Assembly (NCBI GenBank): GCA_963663475.2
Contig: CAXXJV010000001.1
Location: forward strand, 416,001-480,000
Direction of reading: 5' to 3'
DNA length: 64,000 nt
DNA from: Candidatus Cloacimonadales bacterium
Lineage (GTDB): Bacteria > Cloacimonadota > Cloacimonadia > Cloacimonadales > JAFGVF01
The notes below the pieces were generated by a model, which was given only the letters and a program-made list of their open reading frames with translations, was not told the origin of the DNA and made no database searches. The position numbers and the translations under genes were made by a program. This document shows positions 19,876-30,600 of the stretch, piece after piece (the stretch's first letter is position 1; each line of letters begins with the position of its first letter).

Positions 19876-20702
19876 TGAAGTTAAAAATCTTACTCCAAAA
19901 AGGTCAAGCTCAACTAGCAGACCATAAAATAGAAAATCCTGGTTTAAACATTGGACTTATCTTGCAGGAAGTTACTGGGATTAAAAGACTATCTATCCCC
20001 CTCCACTATGAGGATGAAGTCAACCCCAACCAGATAAAAACTATCACCGAGATGCTAGACAGAAGATGTAAGAATGAACCTTTGCAATATATCTTTGGCT
20101 ATACTGAATTTTACGGACATAAGATTCTTCTCAATCCCCAGGTTTTAATTCCCAGACCAGAAACTGAATACCTAATAGAAATAATTAAAAATACTCAGCT
20201 AAATCCCCAAAGAATATTAGATATTGGAACAGGTTCAGGAGCAATAGCCATTTCTTTGAAAGCCATCTTCCCCCATGCTCAGGTTGTGGGACTAGATATT
20301 TCACTGGAAGCCCTTAAATTAGCTAGAAAGAATGCTCAATTAAATGATCTAGAAATAGATTTTATCCAAGCTGATATCTATAAAGCTCAATTAGGAAAAT
20401 TTGATTTGCTTGTCTCTAATCCCCCCTATATCTCTCAAGAAGATTATGCAATTCTACCTGACGAAGTTAAAAGATTTGAACCTCAATTAGCCCTAGTTGG
20501 CCTAGAATCTGGTCTTTATTTTTACAGAAAGATTATCGAAATGAGCCATCTAATCCTAACTGATCAAGGACATATATTCTTTGAGATTGGTGAAAAACAA
20601 GGACTTGAAATTACTAATCTTGCCCAGAAATATAATTTTAAGCAAGTCAACATTATCCCAGATTTAGTTGGTAGAGACAGAATTATTAGCATGACAAACT
20701 AG
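19875..20702 (+). CDS. prmC: Release factor glutamine methyltransferase
   Basis: EPLQYI, LIPRPETE, LDIGTGSGAIA, SNPPYI. Confidence 0.96.
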   Translation: MKLKILLQKGQAQLADHKIENPGLNIGLILQEVTGIKRLSIPLHYEDEVNPNQIKTITEMLDRRCKNEPLQYIFGYTEFYGHKILLNPQVLIPRPETEYLIEIIKNTQLNPQRILDIGTGSGAIAISLKAIFPHAQVVGLDISLEALKLARKNAQLNDLEIDFIQADIYKAQLGKFDLLVSNPPYISQEDYAILPDEVKRFEPQLALVGLESGLYFYRKIIEMSHLILTDQGHIFFEIGEKQGLEITNLAQKYNFKQVNIIPDLVGRDRIISMTN

Positions 20703-20939
20703 TTGTTCACTATGCAATTCGTGAAATATGGGGATAGACTTCTTTGGCAAGTGACTACCTCTTGTAGTGGTTTGTCTCAGACAGTTTTAAAAAACTGCCT
20801 GTTGCGGACAAGCTAGTCGCATTCCCAGTTAAATTATTGAACTATTCTCAAAAGCCTACTCTACTGTTTGCGATAATTCTTAACCAAATTTCAATTGACG
20901 TAATTTGCCTATATTTATGAAATGACATTGGGAGAAAAA

Positions 20940-23183
20940 ATGAAAACATCACACATAAATATCTGGATATTTGTCTTTTTAATAATATTTGGTTTATCAG
21001 TTCTATCAGCAGAAGAAATAGAAACATTGATAAATACAGGGGAAAAGGAGATTGAAAACTTAGCCCAGCTTAAGGAAATACTTTCAATAAATGCAAGTCT
21101 TGATGAAAATTTAAAGCAAGTGATTAATTTTGCCGACTCCCTTCTCTTTGACCAAAAAGCAGAAGAATCCCTTAATTTGCTAAAGGTTGCTCTTGCTGAT
21201 TCAATATTTGCAGACTATTCTAGCCAAAGGGAGCTTAAGTTTAAAATCTATGATATTTATTCCTACCAGTGGGATTTTTCTCAATCAATACCCAAAGTAC
21301 TAGAAATCTTTAAGGCAGATTCTCTCCACAATGATCTAGGCAGTATGGCCCACTCATCTCTCTGGGTAGCAACTACCTATTTAGATAATTACGACAATGA
21401 TAACTGTTTAAAATGGATTAACAAGAGCAAGTACTATGCAAGTCAAGCTGATTCTACTAGAATTTTAGCTTATCTAGCTATGTTAGAAGGTGATATTGCC
21501 TTAGTTAACAATAATACAAGCTTAGCTTTTGAACTCTACAAGCAAGCTGAAGCCTATACCCCTTCTTTTCCAGTTTCCAACACTGCTGCCCTAATTTACC
21601 TTAGTTTAGCTTCAATTTACACTAGTTTAGATCAACAAGATGCTACTGTTGAATATTATTCAAAAACAGCTGAAGTATATAATTCTTTAGAAGATTATGC
21701 AGGTGTTTCACTTGCCTATTATAATTTAGCTATTACTTATGGTAATATGAATAATTACCAAAAAGCCTTACATTACTCCCTGAAAAGTATTGATGTTTGC
21801 CTGCAAGAAGAAAACAAATTTGCAATTTCTGATATGCTAGTTTCCTGTTATGCTTTAACTTCACAGCTTTATGAAAGATTAGAAGATTGGGAAAACTCTC
21901 TCAAATATCTTAAATTATCAGATGAGATAGTTGAAGACAATACTGCTGTTAGTACTAGGATTGAAAAAACAAATCAATACATTCGTTTCTATACTAAATT
22001 AGATAATTATGACCAAGCCCTCCACTATGTAAAACTTGGAGATAGCTTAAAAACACAGCAACTTACCCCGTCTAATGAAAATGATTATCTGATAGCTAGA
22101 CTTAATTTTTATGAGACTTTTGGAGATTATGAAAAAGCAACTAGTATATCTAAACAGTTAATTACTAACATTAGAAAGACAAGCTCTCAAAAAATTTCAG
22201 ACCTTATTGCTGAACATGAGGCTGATAGGAACATTGACAAAATTAACCAAGAAAAACAAAAATTACTGCTGGATAATACTAAGAAAAATCTTACAATAGC
22301 TAATCAGTACAAGACTATTTACCTTGTTTTATCACTTATCTTATTAATCTCAACCCTAGCAATTATTATCTATCAAAGATATAAATCAAAGACTAAATTA
22401 GCAAGTTTACTTAATACAAAAGTTGAAGAGAGAACCAAAGAACTCAAGGAAGCTAATAGCAAACTCTTAGCTGAAATTGAAGACCACAGAGCAACTACTA
22501 ATCAGCTCGTCTTTGCTCAAAGACTTACAGGAGTTGGTGAAATAGCTTCTGGCTTAGCCCATGAAATCCGCAATCCATTAACTAATATCTTGGCTTCTAT
22601 TCAGATTCTTAAAACAAAATATGATATTGAAAATGATGAATTTACCAACATAATTATTAGAAATACTCAAAATGCTAATACTAGAGTCAATGAACTCCTC
22701 AATTACAGTCAGCCTATCGATTTTCATAAAGAAACTATTTCGCTTCACAGACTTATCAACGAAGTAATTAATCTTGCTAAGGGAAAACTAAATAAAGAAA
22801 ATATCAAGCTAAACTATTGCAATAATAGCAAGCAAGATCTTGTTTCAGTTGATAAAAAACAAATTTCTACCGTCTTTTTAAACTTAATATTAAATTCCAT
22901 AGATGCTATAAAATCGACTGATAAAGAAGGTTTAATTGAAATCACAAGCAGAGATGAATTCAACTTTGTTGTAGTTGAATTTACTGATAATGGTTGCGGA
23001 ATTAAAGCAAATATCATTTCTAAAATTTTCCAGCCTTTCTTCTCTAATAAAAAGGGTGGAACTGGCTTAGGGCTAAACTTGGCTCACAAAATCATCCATC
23101 AACATGGTGGTCTTATTAGCGTTAATAGTGAAGTTGAAGTAGCAACTACTTTTACTGTGAAATTACTAAATATTAAATCCTAA
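20940..23183 (+). CDS. TPR-sensor membrane histidine kinase
   Basis: Periplasmic TPRs, TM, H-box AHEIRNPL, N-box NLILNS, DNGCG, GGTGLGL; ATG at 20940 follows GGGAG. Confidence 0.92.
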   Translation: MKTSHINIWIFVFLIIFGLSVLSAEEIETLINTGEKEIENLAQLKEILSINASLDENLKQVINFADSLLFDQKAEESLNLLKVALADSIFADYSSQRELKFKIYDIYSYQWDFSQSIPKVLEIFKADSLHNDLGSMAHSSLWVATTYLDNYDNDNCLKWINKSKYYASQADSTRILAYLAMLEGDIALVNNNTSLAFELYKQAEAYTPSFPVSNTAALIYLSLASIYTSLDQQDATVEYYSKTAEVYNSLEDYAGVSLAYYNLAITYGNMNNYQKALHYSLKSIDVCLQEENKFAISDMLVSCYALTSQLYERLEDWENSLKYLKLSDEIVEDNTAVSTRIEKTNQYIRFYTKLDNYDQALHYVKLGDSLKTQQLTPSNENDYLIARLNFYETFGDYEKATSISKQLITNIRKTSSQKISDLIAEHEADRNIDKINQEKQKLLLDNTKKNLTIANQYKTIYLVLSLILLISTLAIIIYQRYKSKTKLASLLNTKVEERTKELKEANSKLLAEIEDHRATTNQLVFAQRLTGVGEIASGLAHEIRNPLTNILASIQILKTKYDIENDEFTNIIIRNTQNANTRVNELLNYSQPIDFHKETISLHRLINEVINLAKGKLNKENIKLNYCNNSKQDLVSVDKKQISTVFLNLILNSIDAIKSTDKEGLIEITSRDEFNFVVVEFTDNGCGIKANIISKIFQPFFSNKKGGTGLGLNLAHKIIHQHGGLISVNSEVEVATTFTVKLLNIKS

Positions 23184-23208
23184 AAAAAGAGCCTAAATAC
23201 TAGGCTCT
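23182..23208 (-). terminator. Rho-independent terminator between convergent genes
   Basis: Stem AGAGCCTA/TAGGCTCT with an A-run on + (U-tract on -). Confidence 0.7.
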
Positions 23209-23257
23209 CAAATTTATCTAAATAGTGCAGATTCTGCTACTAGCAAAGGCCTACGCC

Positions 23258-23860
23258 TTATTTAGCTTGTATTTTTACTACATAATTTAACATTTGTTTA
23301 TCTGATTTATGAATATCAGGGCACATCCATTCTTCCAGAATTTCAAACCTAGGCTTGAGTAGTTTAACAATCTGTCTATGTTTGTAATAGCTAGAGAATA
23401 AGCCCTTATCATCAAAGTCCTGACCACTTCCCTCATATAAAGAGAAAAAGAAAACACCAGTAAATTGAATATTATCAATGAATTCCTGTAACTGTTCAAA
23501 AGTAAGATGTTGCATTGCTAGATTACAGAAGAGGTGTTTAATCTCATAATCTCTAATAAAAGAATTTACAAAATCAACATCAGAAAAATCTATATAAGCA
23601 AAAGGACAGGCAAACCTGCTCCCTATCCATTCATAAAATCCTAGGACATTATCAGAACCTTGAATGCTTCTACCCTGTCCAAAAATGTAAGTGAGATTAT
23701 TTCCAGAACCAGATCCAAGCTCCAATATCTTTTCCTTACCATCTACATATTTGAGAAATTTCTCTACCCCTTCCTGATGATAATTATTAAAAGTTTGGGC
23801 AATATAATCTACACATATTTCATCATATATTTCCATATTTTTATCAATATTTTTTCTCAT
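23258..23860 (-). CDS. Class I SAM-dependent methyltransferase
   Basis: ILELGSGSG motif I. Confidence 0.8.
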   Translation of the reverse strand: MRKNIDKNMEIYDEICVDYIAQTFNNYHQEGVEKFLKYVDGKEKILELGSGSGNNLTYIFGQGRSIQGSDNVLGFYEWIGSRFACPFAYIDFSDVDFVNSFIRDYEIKHLFCNLAMQHLTFEQLQEFIDNIQFTGVFFFSLYEGSGQDFDDKGLFSSYYKHRQIVKLLKPRFEILEEWMCPDIHKSDKQMLNYVVKIQAK

Positions 23861-23905
23861 TTTTTATCCTTATTTTTGCCTGCCAAGATAAGTCTTACTT
23901 AACAG

Positions 23906-25150
23906 CTATTTTTTTCCTATGATATCTCTAAAATTAAGAAGTAGATTTAGAACCATTCCTACAAGAGCCGCCAATCCTAAGCCTTCTAATTCAAAACTTC
24001 CATAGGCAAATTTAGCATTTCCTAAACCAATTACTAGCATTGAAGCTGAAATTATTAGTATCTTAGGATTAGAAAAATCAACTTTCGCATCAATCATATT
24101 TTTGATACCAATTGAAGAAATCATCCCAAATAGTAAGATAGAAATACCACCAATTACTGGTCCTGGTATTACCTTGATTAGCTCTGTAAATTTAGGGATG
24201 AAAGCTAAGATAATCGCAAACATGGCAGCAAATCTCATAATAATTGGATTGGTATTACCTGTGAGGGCTACAGCTCCAGTATTTTCACTATAAGTTGTTA
24301 AAACAGGTCCCCCCATGGCAGAAGATACACAACTTGCTACACCATCTCCAAATAAAGTTCTGTGAATACCTGGTTTGGTAAGAAAATCTTTCCCCGCAAC
24401 ATTACCAATAGCCAAAACATCGCCAAAATGCTCAACAATTGCAACTAAAGCAATTGGAACTGTTATTGATAAAGCATTAATGGAAAATTTTGGACTTGTT
24501 AAAGTAGGTAAACCAAACCAGTTAGCTTGCTGAACTGCTGACCAATCTATTAATCCAAAAATAGATGATACAAGAAAACCAAAAATTAAGGAAATTAAAA
24601 CTGGTAGCATGGATAAAAACTTCAAACCAATCTTTTCAAAATAAATTTTAACAAAGACTGATACAGCAAAAGTTGATAGAGCTAAAAGCCAGCAACCATT
24701 GGTTCCGATAGAGCTTTGTAAGTCAGGAGAATTACTTCCATTAGCATTTGCTATGGCAACTGGAGCTAAGATTAAGCCTATTAAGACAATCATCGGACCA
24801 GTTACCCAAGCAGGTAAGATTTTATGTAGAGATTCAATACTAATGAAATTTAATAATAAGCCAACTAACATAAACATAACCCCTGCTCCAAAAATACCTC
24901 CTAGAGCATAAGCCATTCCACTATTGGCTGAGATGGAAGTTATGGCTGCGATAAAGGCAAAAGAAGATCCTAAATATATTGGTACCATATTTTTGGTAAT
25001 CAGGTGAAAAAGTAAGGTTCCAATACCTGTCGCTAAAAGGGTAGCCCCTATATCCAATCCTGTTAACATTGGCACTAAAACAGTTGCTCCAAACATAACA
25101 AAGGTATGCTGTAAGCCCATTATTACATTTCTACTATTGATGTCTTTCAT
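23906..25150 (-). CDS. uraA: Uracil/xanthine permease (NCS2, UraA/PyrP)
   Basis: GLQHTFVMFGATVLVP, YLGSSFAFI, EHFGD, TTYSENTG; ATG at 25150 after GGAG. Confidence 0.92.
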   Translation of the reverse strand: MKDINSRNVIMGLQHTFVMFGATVLVPMLTGLDIGATLLATGIGTLLFHLITKNMVPIYLGSSFAFIAAITSISANSGMAYALGGIFGAGVMFMLVGLLLNFISIESLHKILPAWVTGPMIVLIGLILAPVAIANANGSNSPDLQSSIGTNGCWLLALSTFAVSVFVKIYFEKIGLKFLSMLPVLISLIFGFLVSSIFGLIDWSAVQQANWFGLPTLTSPKFSINALSITVPIALVAIVEHFGDVLAIGNVAGKDFLTKPGIHRTLFGDGVASCVSSAMGGPVLTTYSENTGAVALTGNTNPIIMRFAAMFAIILAFIPKFTELIKVIPGPVIGGISILLFGMISSIGIKNMIDAKVDFSNPKILIISASMLVIGLGNAKFAYGSFELEGLGLAALVGMVLNLLLNFRDIIGKK

Positions 25151-25401
25151 TATTGCTCCCAAATATTTTGTTTTTTATTTTTTTGGAATATCTGGAATTC
25201 TGTCAATTATTTTCGCTAAAAACTTATGCAAAAATGTGAAAACACCTTACAGGCAAGTCTGAAAAGAAGACTCTTATTTCTTTACGGTCTATTGGGATTA
25301 TATTAGGCCTTCATTAGCTTTTCATTAGCTTTAGCCCCAATAAGTCACATGATAGAGACCTTATACAAGGCCATTATACATTAGATTGTCAAAGGTCTAT
25401 T

Positions 25402-25493
25402 ATCCCGAATAGTGCAGTAGAGCTTTAGAGAAGAGTGCCTATTCTTTCAGCAAAATAGTGGTATTCTCAAAGATCTACTCCATTATTTGGGAT
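25402..25493. mobile_element. MITE-like element, family 1 (short, internally deleted copy)
   Basis: ~30-bp imperfect TIRs ATCCCGAATAGTGCAGTAGAGCTTTAGAGAA / TTCTCAAAGATCTACTCCATTATTTGGGAT; homologous to copies at 32.8, 48.1 and 50.8-51.2 kb. Confidence 0.75.
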
Positions 25494-25501
25494 TATTAAC
25501 T

Positions 25502-25963
25502 CTAGTCATCCTTGAACAAAGTTTGTAGCTTCTGGATAATCTGATTATAATGACTTCCTTGCCAATAGACTCTTCCGCACTTATGACAAATTTTAAAATC
25601 ATCATATATTTCAGCTACCTTTGCTGGGATTAGGTGGAGAATCTTAGCCTTGTCAATATCACTTAAAGGGTCATTATCTTCAGGGCATCTAGCGAATACA
25701 GACTCTTGGTCTAAGCTTAGGAAACTTTTTATTTCTGCTAATTGTTGGTCAAGCTGATTACTATGAATATAAATTCTAGCAAACTCCACAGGATGATTTA
25801 GAATTTCTTTACTTCTACTTACCACTATCCTATTTTCTTTCTTAGCCAGTCTTATCAAGTTCAAGAGAGAAATTGATTTTATTACTTTGGTATCATAACC
25901 CAATAATCTTAGCCATTTAGCTAATTTTTGAGCATCAACTGTTAGGATAAATTTCTTTTTCAT
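25502..25963 (-). CDS. Mut7-C RNase (DUF82) domain protein
   Basis: KLAKWLRLLGYDT, RCPEDN, CHKCGRVYWQGSH. Confidence 0.9.
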   Translation of the reverse strand: MKKKFILTVDAQKLAKWLRLLGYDTKVIKSISLLNLIRLAKKENRIVVSRSKEILNHPVEFARIYIHSNQLDQQLAEIKSFLSLDQESVFARCPEDNDPLSDIDKAKILHLIPAKVAEIYDDFKICHKCGRVYWQGSHYNQIIQKLQTLFKDD

Positions 25964-25969
25964 TTTTGA

Positions 25970-26656
25970 TTAGTCTCTAGCATTTCTCAAAACAAGTAAT
26001 CTTACCACCTGCAATAATGCCATTAAAGCAGCAGCAACATAAGTAAGGGCAGCAGCCTTAAGCACCTTCTTAATTCCTGCCATTTCACTTTCTTCAACGA
26101 CTAATCCATCACCAAGTTGCTGAAATGCTCTTTGGGAAGCGTTAAATTCAACTGGTAATGTAGCCAATTGGAATAAAAAAGCTGCCAGAAAAAAGATGAT
26201 TCCCAGATTCATGAGCATAGGAGTATTGAAAAGAAATCCAATGAAAAATAAAGGTAAAGCTGCACTTGAACCAAACCTAGCCATTGGGAATATTGAGTGT
26301 CTTATCTTAAGAGGAAGATATCCATGGGCATGCTGAATAGCATGACCAACTTCATGAGCAGCGATAGCTAACGCTGAGATAGTTTGCCCGTAATAAATAT
26401 CACTTGAAAGCTTAACTTCTTTTTTTCTAGGGTCATAGTGGTCTGTTAATTCTCCCTCAAGAGCTAAAACTTGCACATCATAAATACCATTCTTTTGTAG
26501 GATATGCTGAGCAACTTCAGCACCTGTCATACCAATATTGTTTGGTATTTTTTTATATTTACTGTAATTACTTTTTACTAAAGAATTAGCCCATAAAGCT
26601 AATATTATAGCTGGAATGATTATTATTATGCTAGGATCATAAAAGAACATAATCAT
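25970..26656 (-). CDS. Membrane zinc metallopeptidase (YugP/Zn_peptidase_2)
   Basis: LTDHYDP, AAHEVGHAIQH, TLPVEFNAS, AAALTYV. Confidence 0.93.
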   Translation of the reverse strand: MIMFFYDPSIIIIIPAIILALWANSLVKSNYSKYKKIPNNIGMTGAEVAQHILQKNGIYDVQVLALEGELTDHYDPRKKEVKLSSDIYYGQTISALAIAAHEVGHAIQHAHGYLPLKIRHSIFPMARFGSSAALPLFFIGFLFNTPMLMNLGIIFFLAAFLFQLATLPVEFNASQRAFQQLGDGLVVEESEMAGIKKVLKAAALTYVAAALMALLQVVRLLVLRNARD

Positions 26657-26680
26657 TTCTCCTTTTTTGTTTTTTTAGCA

Positions 26681-26709
26681 ATCATAAGAATGCCTTGCTA
26701 ATTTGTCAA
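26681..26709 (-). promoter_or_regulatory. Sigma70-type promoter for the peptidase operon
   Basis: Minus strand TTGACA-N17-TATGAT just upstream of RBS AAGGAG. Confidence 0.65.
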
Positions 26710-26856
26710 TATATTTTTTTATTTAAACCTAGAAGAGCAGTAGAGACTCTTCAACCATCAAGCCACCTTCTTCAATAGTTTATCCTTAAAGAAGTCAACA
26801 ATATTGCCCTTCTTTAGGTTTTCTTGACATTTTATCAGGATTGCTTTTAGTTAAGA

Positions 26857-27063
26857 TTGCCACTTCAGTCGGACGGTGGAGATTCTCTTCCCACTAAGCC
26901 GTAAGCTTAAATCCCAGAGTGATGAAAATATTATAGGCAGTCGTCGCAAGACACTGTTGTTACGGAGACCAATGAAATCTTAGTCCTAGAGGAGCGACAA
27001 TATTCATTTCGCATTTTTATTTATTTCTATTATGTCTATTATTAGGTGTCTAAAAACTGGCAA
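26857..27063 (+). ncRNA. Candidate structured non-coding RNA, family unknown
   Basis: TTGACA at 26824 faces no CDS; GC-richer block with several stems and a GCAA tetraloop (see findings). Confidence 0.4.
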
Positions 27064-27134
27064 AATAAGCTTTAAGCTAAACCCTCTTTTTATTTTTTTG
27101 CTTATAGTAAACATTCGACAAGATCAAATAGAAG

Positions 27135-27433
27135 TAGCCAGCAGGTTCACTGGCTAGGCCCCGTAACCACTTGGCATCTGCGTAACCGCGGGCTGGAATC
27201 CCGCGACCCAAAGACGGGTATGGCTTCCACTCCATAAAAAAGGTCTCAGAGGAAGAATGGGCAAGTAAGAATGCTTATCGACTGGAGCAGACCAGAGTTC
27301 CTCAACCGTAGGTAAGGGACTTCGGACTGAGTGTGATGGCATCTTGCCATCAGATTTGTGGAAGCAGGGATGCTTATGGACTGATGGCATCTTGCCATCA
27401 GATTTGTGGAAGCAGGGATGCTTCCACTCCATA
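27135..27433. repeat. Mosaic of REP-like palindromes, including a 48-bp tandem duplication
   Basis: GTAGCCAG..CTGGCTAG, CGCGGGCTGGAATCCCGCG, and 2x TGATGGCATCTTGCCATCAGATTTGTGGAAGCAGGGATGCTT. Confidence 0.75.
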
Positions 27434-27447
27434 GGCCCCGTCTCTCT

Positions 27448-27536
27448 CTTACCATCCTTAATCCTTCCTTTACAGTCTTTCGATGAAAGTCCCAGTTTCA
27501 TCGAAAGACTGTAAAGGAAGGGTAATGGATGGTAAG
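27448..27536. repeat. Long perfect palindrome, family 2, copy 1
   Basis: 26-bp perfect stem CCTTCCTTTACAGTCTTTCGATGAAA, 7-nt loop, outer CTTACCATCC/GGATGGTAAG; second copy at 47082. Confidence 0.9.
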
Positions 27537-27545
27537 GGTATTGAT

Positions 27546-27609
27546 AAGCCCAAATAATGCAGTAGAAGGTTGAGCTATTGCATAAATTCTACTGCACTAT
27601 TTAGCCTAA
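27546..27609. mobile_element. MITE family 1, minimal copy (TIRs only)
   Basis: CCCAAATAATGCAGTAGA...TCTACTGCACTATTTAG. Confidence 0.6.
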
Positions 27610-27661
27610 AATTATAAGCTGGCAGAGCCAGCTCACAATTCAAGTATTTTAAAGATGCATA

Positions 27662-30600
27662 TTATTTATCTAAGAGATATTGAATAGCTGTTTTCAACTG
27701 CCTATCATTATCATTAATCATATCTTCAGGTGTAAGTTCTACTCTGATATCAGGTTGAACTCCATTACCTTCCATATTAGTTCCACTTAAAGTCCACCAA
27801 CCTGATCTAGGTAATCTTAGAGATGAACCATCAAAGAGGTCAATATCAAAGGTACCGATTACTGATCCACTTGTTGGCATACCAATAATAGTCCCTAGCT
27901 TTTGTTCCTGCATTAGGTGAGGAAATACCTCAGCATCTGAGAAGGAATCTTCATCAATTAGAACAACAATGGGTTTGTCATAGTAACGAGCGGGAGTTTT
28001 CATTTTCCTAAATCCCCAACCCCTATAGGAAGAAATTGAGAGAGGTCTTTTGCGAATAGCTTCAACAAGTTCTTCACTAATATTACCACCACCATTACCT
28101 CTAACATCGATAATAAAACCATCTTTCTTAATATTATCGTTCCAAAAGTCTTCTAAGAATTTTTTATAAGCAGTATTATTCATACGTCTGATATGCAAGT
28201 AAGCTAGCTTGCCATCACTAATTTCATTAACTATTTCCCTACGTCTGTTAACCCAGTCATTATACTCTAGGTCATAATTACGACTCCAATCAAAGCCTTC
28301 AATCCAAACATCAAAGGCTTCCTCTTTTTGCTTTTTAACCCTAAGTTTTACCTTGCGATTAACGATATTAAAGAAAAGAGGATAAATATCGACATCAGGA
28401 GTAATTTCTTGGTCATTAATTGCTAGAATCAAATCTCCTTCTTCTAGTTTATAATAATCTTTTAGACTTGTCCCATCATAAAGTCTTCTAAGTTTGACAC
28501 CTTTATTGAGTCTTTCTGAAAGGTCAAATTCAACTCCAATATAGCCAATCTGATAAGAGAATCTTGAATCATAGTATTTAGGAGAAAATCCTGTATGGGA
28601 AGCATTTACTTCGCCAATCATTTCATCAACGATATTGGATAAAACTTCTTCATCATAACAGTATTGTAGGTAAGGTTCATACTTTTCATAAAGTTCATCC
28701 CAGTCAACCCCATGCATTTGAGGATCGTAGAAGCTTAAGCCAAAGACTCCCCAGACTTCTTTGAAAACTTGTTGTCTAAGATTTTTTAAATCAAATTCAT
28801 AGAAGAAGCTATTTTTAATTTCTCCACTAGCTCTAGTTTTTAAGTTATAAGAGTTAAGTTTACTTCCATCATTATAGTAATAAGTAGAGGATTTATCATT
28901 ATAAGAGAAGTAAGTTCTATCGTTAATAGTGGTTAGCTTTTCTTCATTTTGTCCTTGATAATTAGACTTATAAAGATTTGTAGAACCATTTGAATTAGCA
29001 TAATAAATAGTTGAGTCATTAACTACCGATAGAATATAGTTATATCCTGGATGAGAAACAATTGTAGTTATTCTGGATTCAACACCTGGAAGGTCAATAT
29101 CCAATTCAGGATAATCTTTAGGGAGCTTATCTCCTGTCTCTTTCTTTTCTTCTACTTGGTCTGAACTATTGAGCAGTTTTTCCCAAGGATCCTGATAATC
29201 TGCAAGTTTATCAAAAGGCCTTAAATCTATCCGTCTAATATCTCCTGATTCGGTAAAGAATAATGATTTATCGTCTTTACCCCAAGTTAGATTATAGATA
29301 GATTTATAGGAGTTATAAAGTAGATAGGATTCTTGAATAATTGTATCTCTAAGATAAAGATAGGTTACTCTTTTCTCCATATCAAATTCAACATAAGCAA
29401 TATAACGTGAATTTATCCTATCTGCATATTCAGTAACATCATACTTATTAAAATCAATTGGAGTAAAATAAGTAAAAGTTGAATCAGCTATAGCAATATG
29501 ACGTCTATCTCTATCAATGTAATAATCAATAATGTAGTTTCCAGCTGGACTTTTACTAATTCCCGAGATAGAATAATCTTCACTCCAAGCTATCTTCTCT
29601 ATTTCCTGAGGATTATCTATAGTAAATTTAAAGATTTTACCTTCTCCTCTTTCTCTGCCATTAACCACAACAGTCTTGTTATCGCTTAATATTCTAATAC
29701 CTTCATAAGGAACCTGATTGTAAGTAATCTGTTTAACTGGTCCGCCAGCTGCTGGCATCATAAAGAGGTCATATTCATAATTGAAAATAACAAAATCATC
29801 ATTAGGAGATACTTCAAAATCAGCAAAACCGTTTGTAACATATCTGCGTATCATGCTATTAACATCTTGGTTCTCTCTAATATCGATATCTAATTTTCTT
29901 AATTTATCTCCTCTTTCAGGCTTATCATCATAAATCCAGATTTCATCAAACTTCTCAAAAGCAATAATATCCTTTACCTGAGCAATAGAAATATCTCTAA
30001 CAGACCATGTTGGAAAATCAGTAAGTTGTTCTTCATTATTAAAATCGAAATTATTTACCCTGAATAACTGAAAAACTTGGCCATCAGATTTAGCGTAATA
30101 TAGTCTTTCTGGATAAACCTTTGATAATTCTGGATATCTTTCTGTCAACTCATTATCAGTCAACTTCTCATACTTATCTTGCTTGATATCATACTTCCAT
30201 AATTCTCCATCAGTTGAGCCACGATAAGCTTCCCTATAAGGATCACCTCTATCAGAATATATAATTGAATTACCATCTTGACTAATAGAAGGGAAGGAAC
30301 CACCTATTGGAGTAATTTCCACGTCTCTTGACTCATCAAGACTAACCTTATAAAAAGCAGAACCTAATCTGGGAGAATATTTATTAGCTAGGATATTTTC
30401 CCCATCTGGGAACCAAGTTAAGAGTCCCAATCCAGCTCCACTCACCTTAGTAATTTCACCACCTATTGCAGGAATAGTATATACAGCGTTATAGCCATCT
30501 TTGTAATAATTGAATGCTATTGTTTGCCCGTCAGGAGAATACTTAGGACTACTTATACCTGAATCGGTATCAGTTAATCTACTGGCGAGACCACCCTCAA

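Noticed and set aside
25150-25260. PyrR attenuator upstream of the uracil permease
   Set aside because: Only TCCAGA is present; no AGAGAGG loop motif or terminator/antiterminator, and the leader is short
26860-26990. Pistol or hammerhead ribozyme, or known riboswitch (TAAGCCGTAAGC, TGATGA..GAAA..GTC)
   Set aside because: Only fragments match; no CTGATGA core or pistol linker/P2, and no downstream gene on that strand for a riboswitch. Kept as an unclassified candidate.
27154-27501. ORFs 27154-27501 and 27246-27455 with repeated peptides
   Set aside because: Translations of REP palindromes; no RBS and atypical composition
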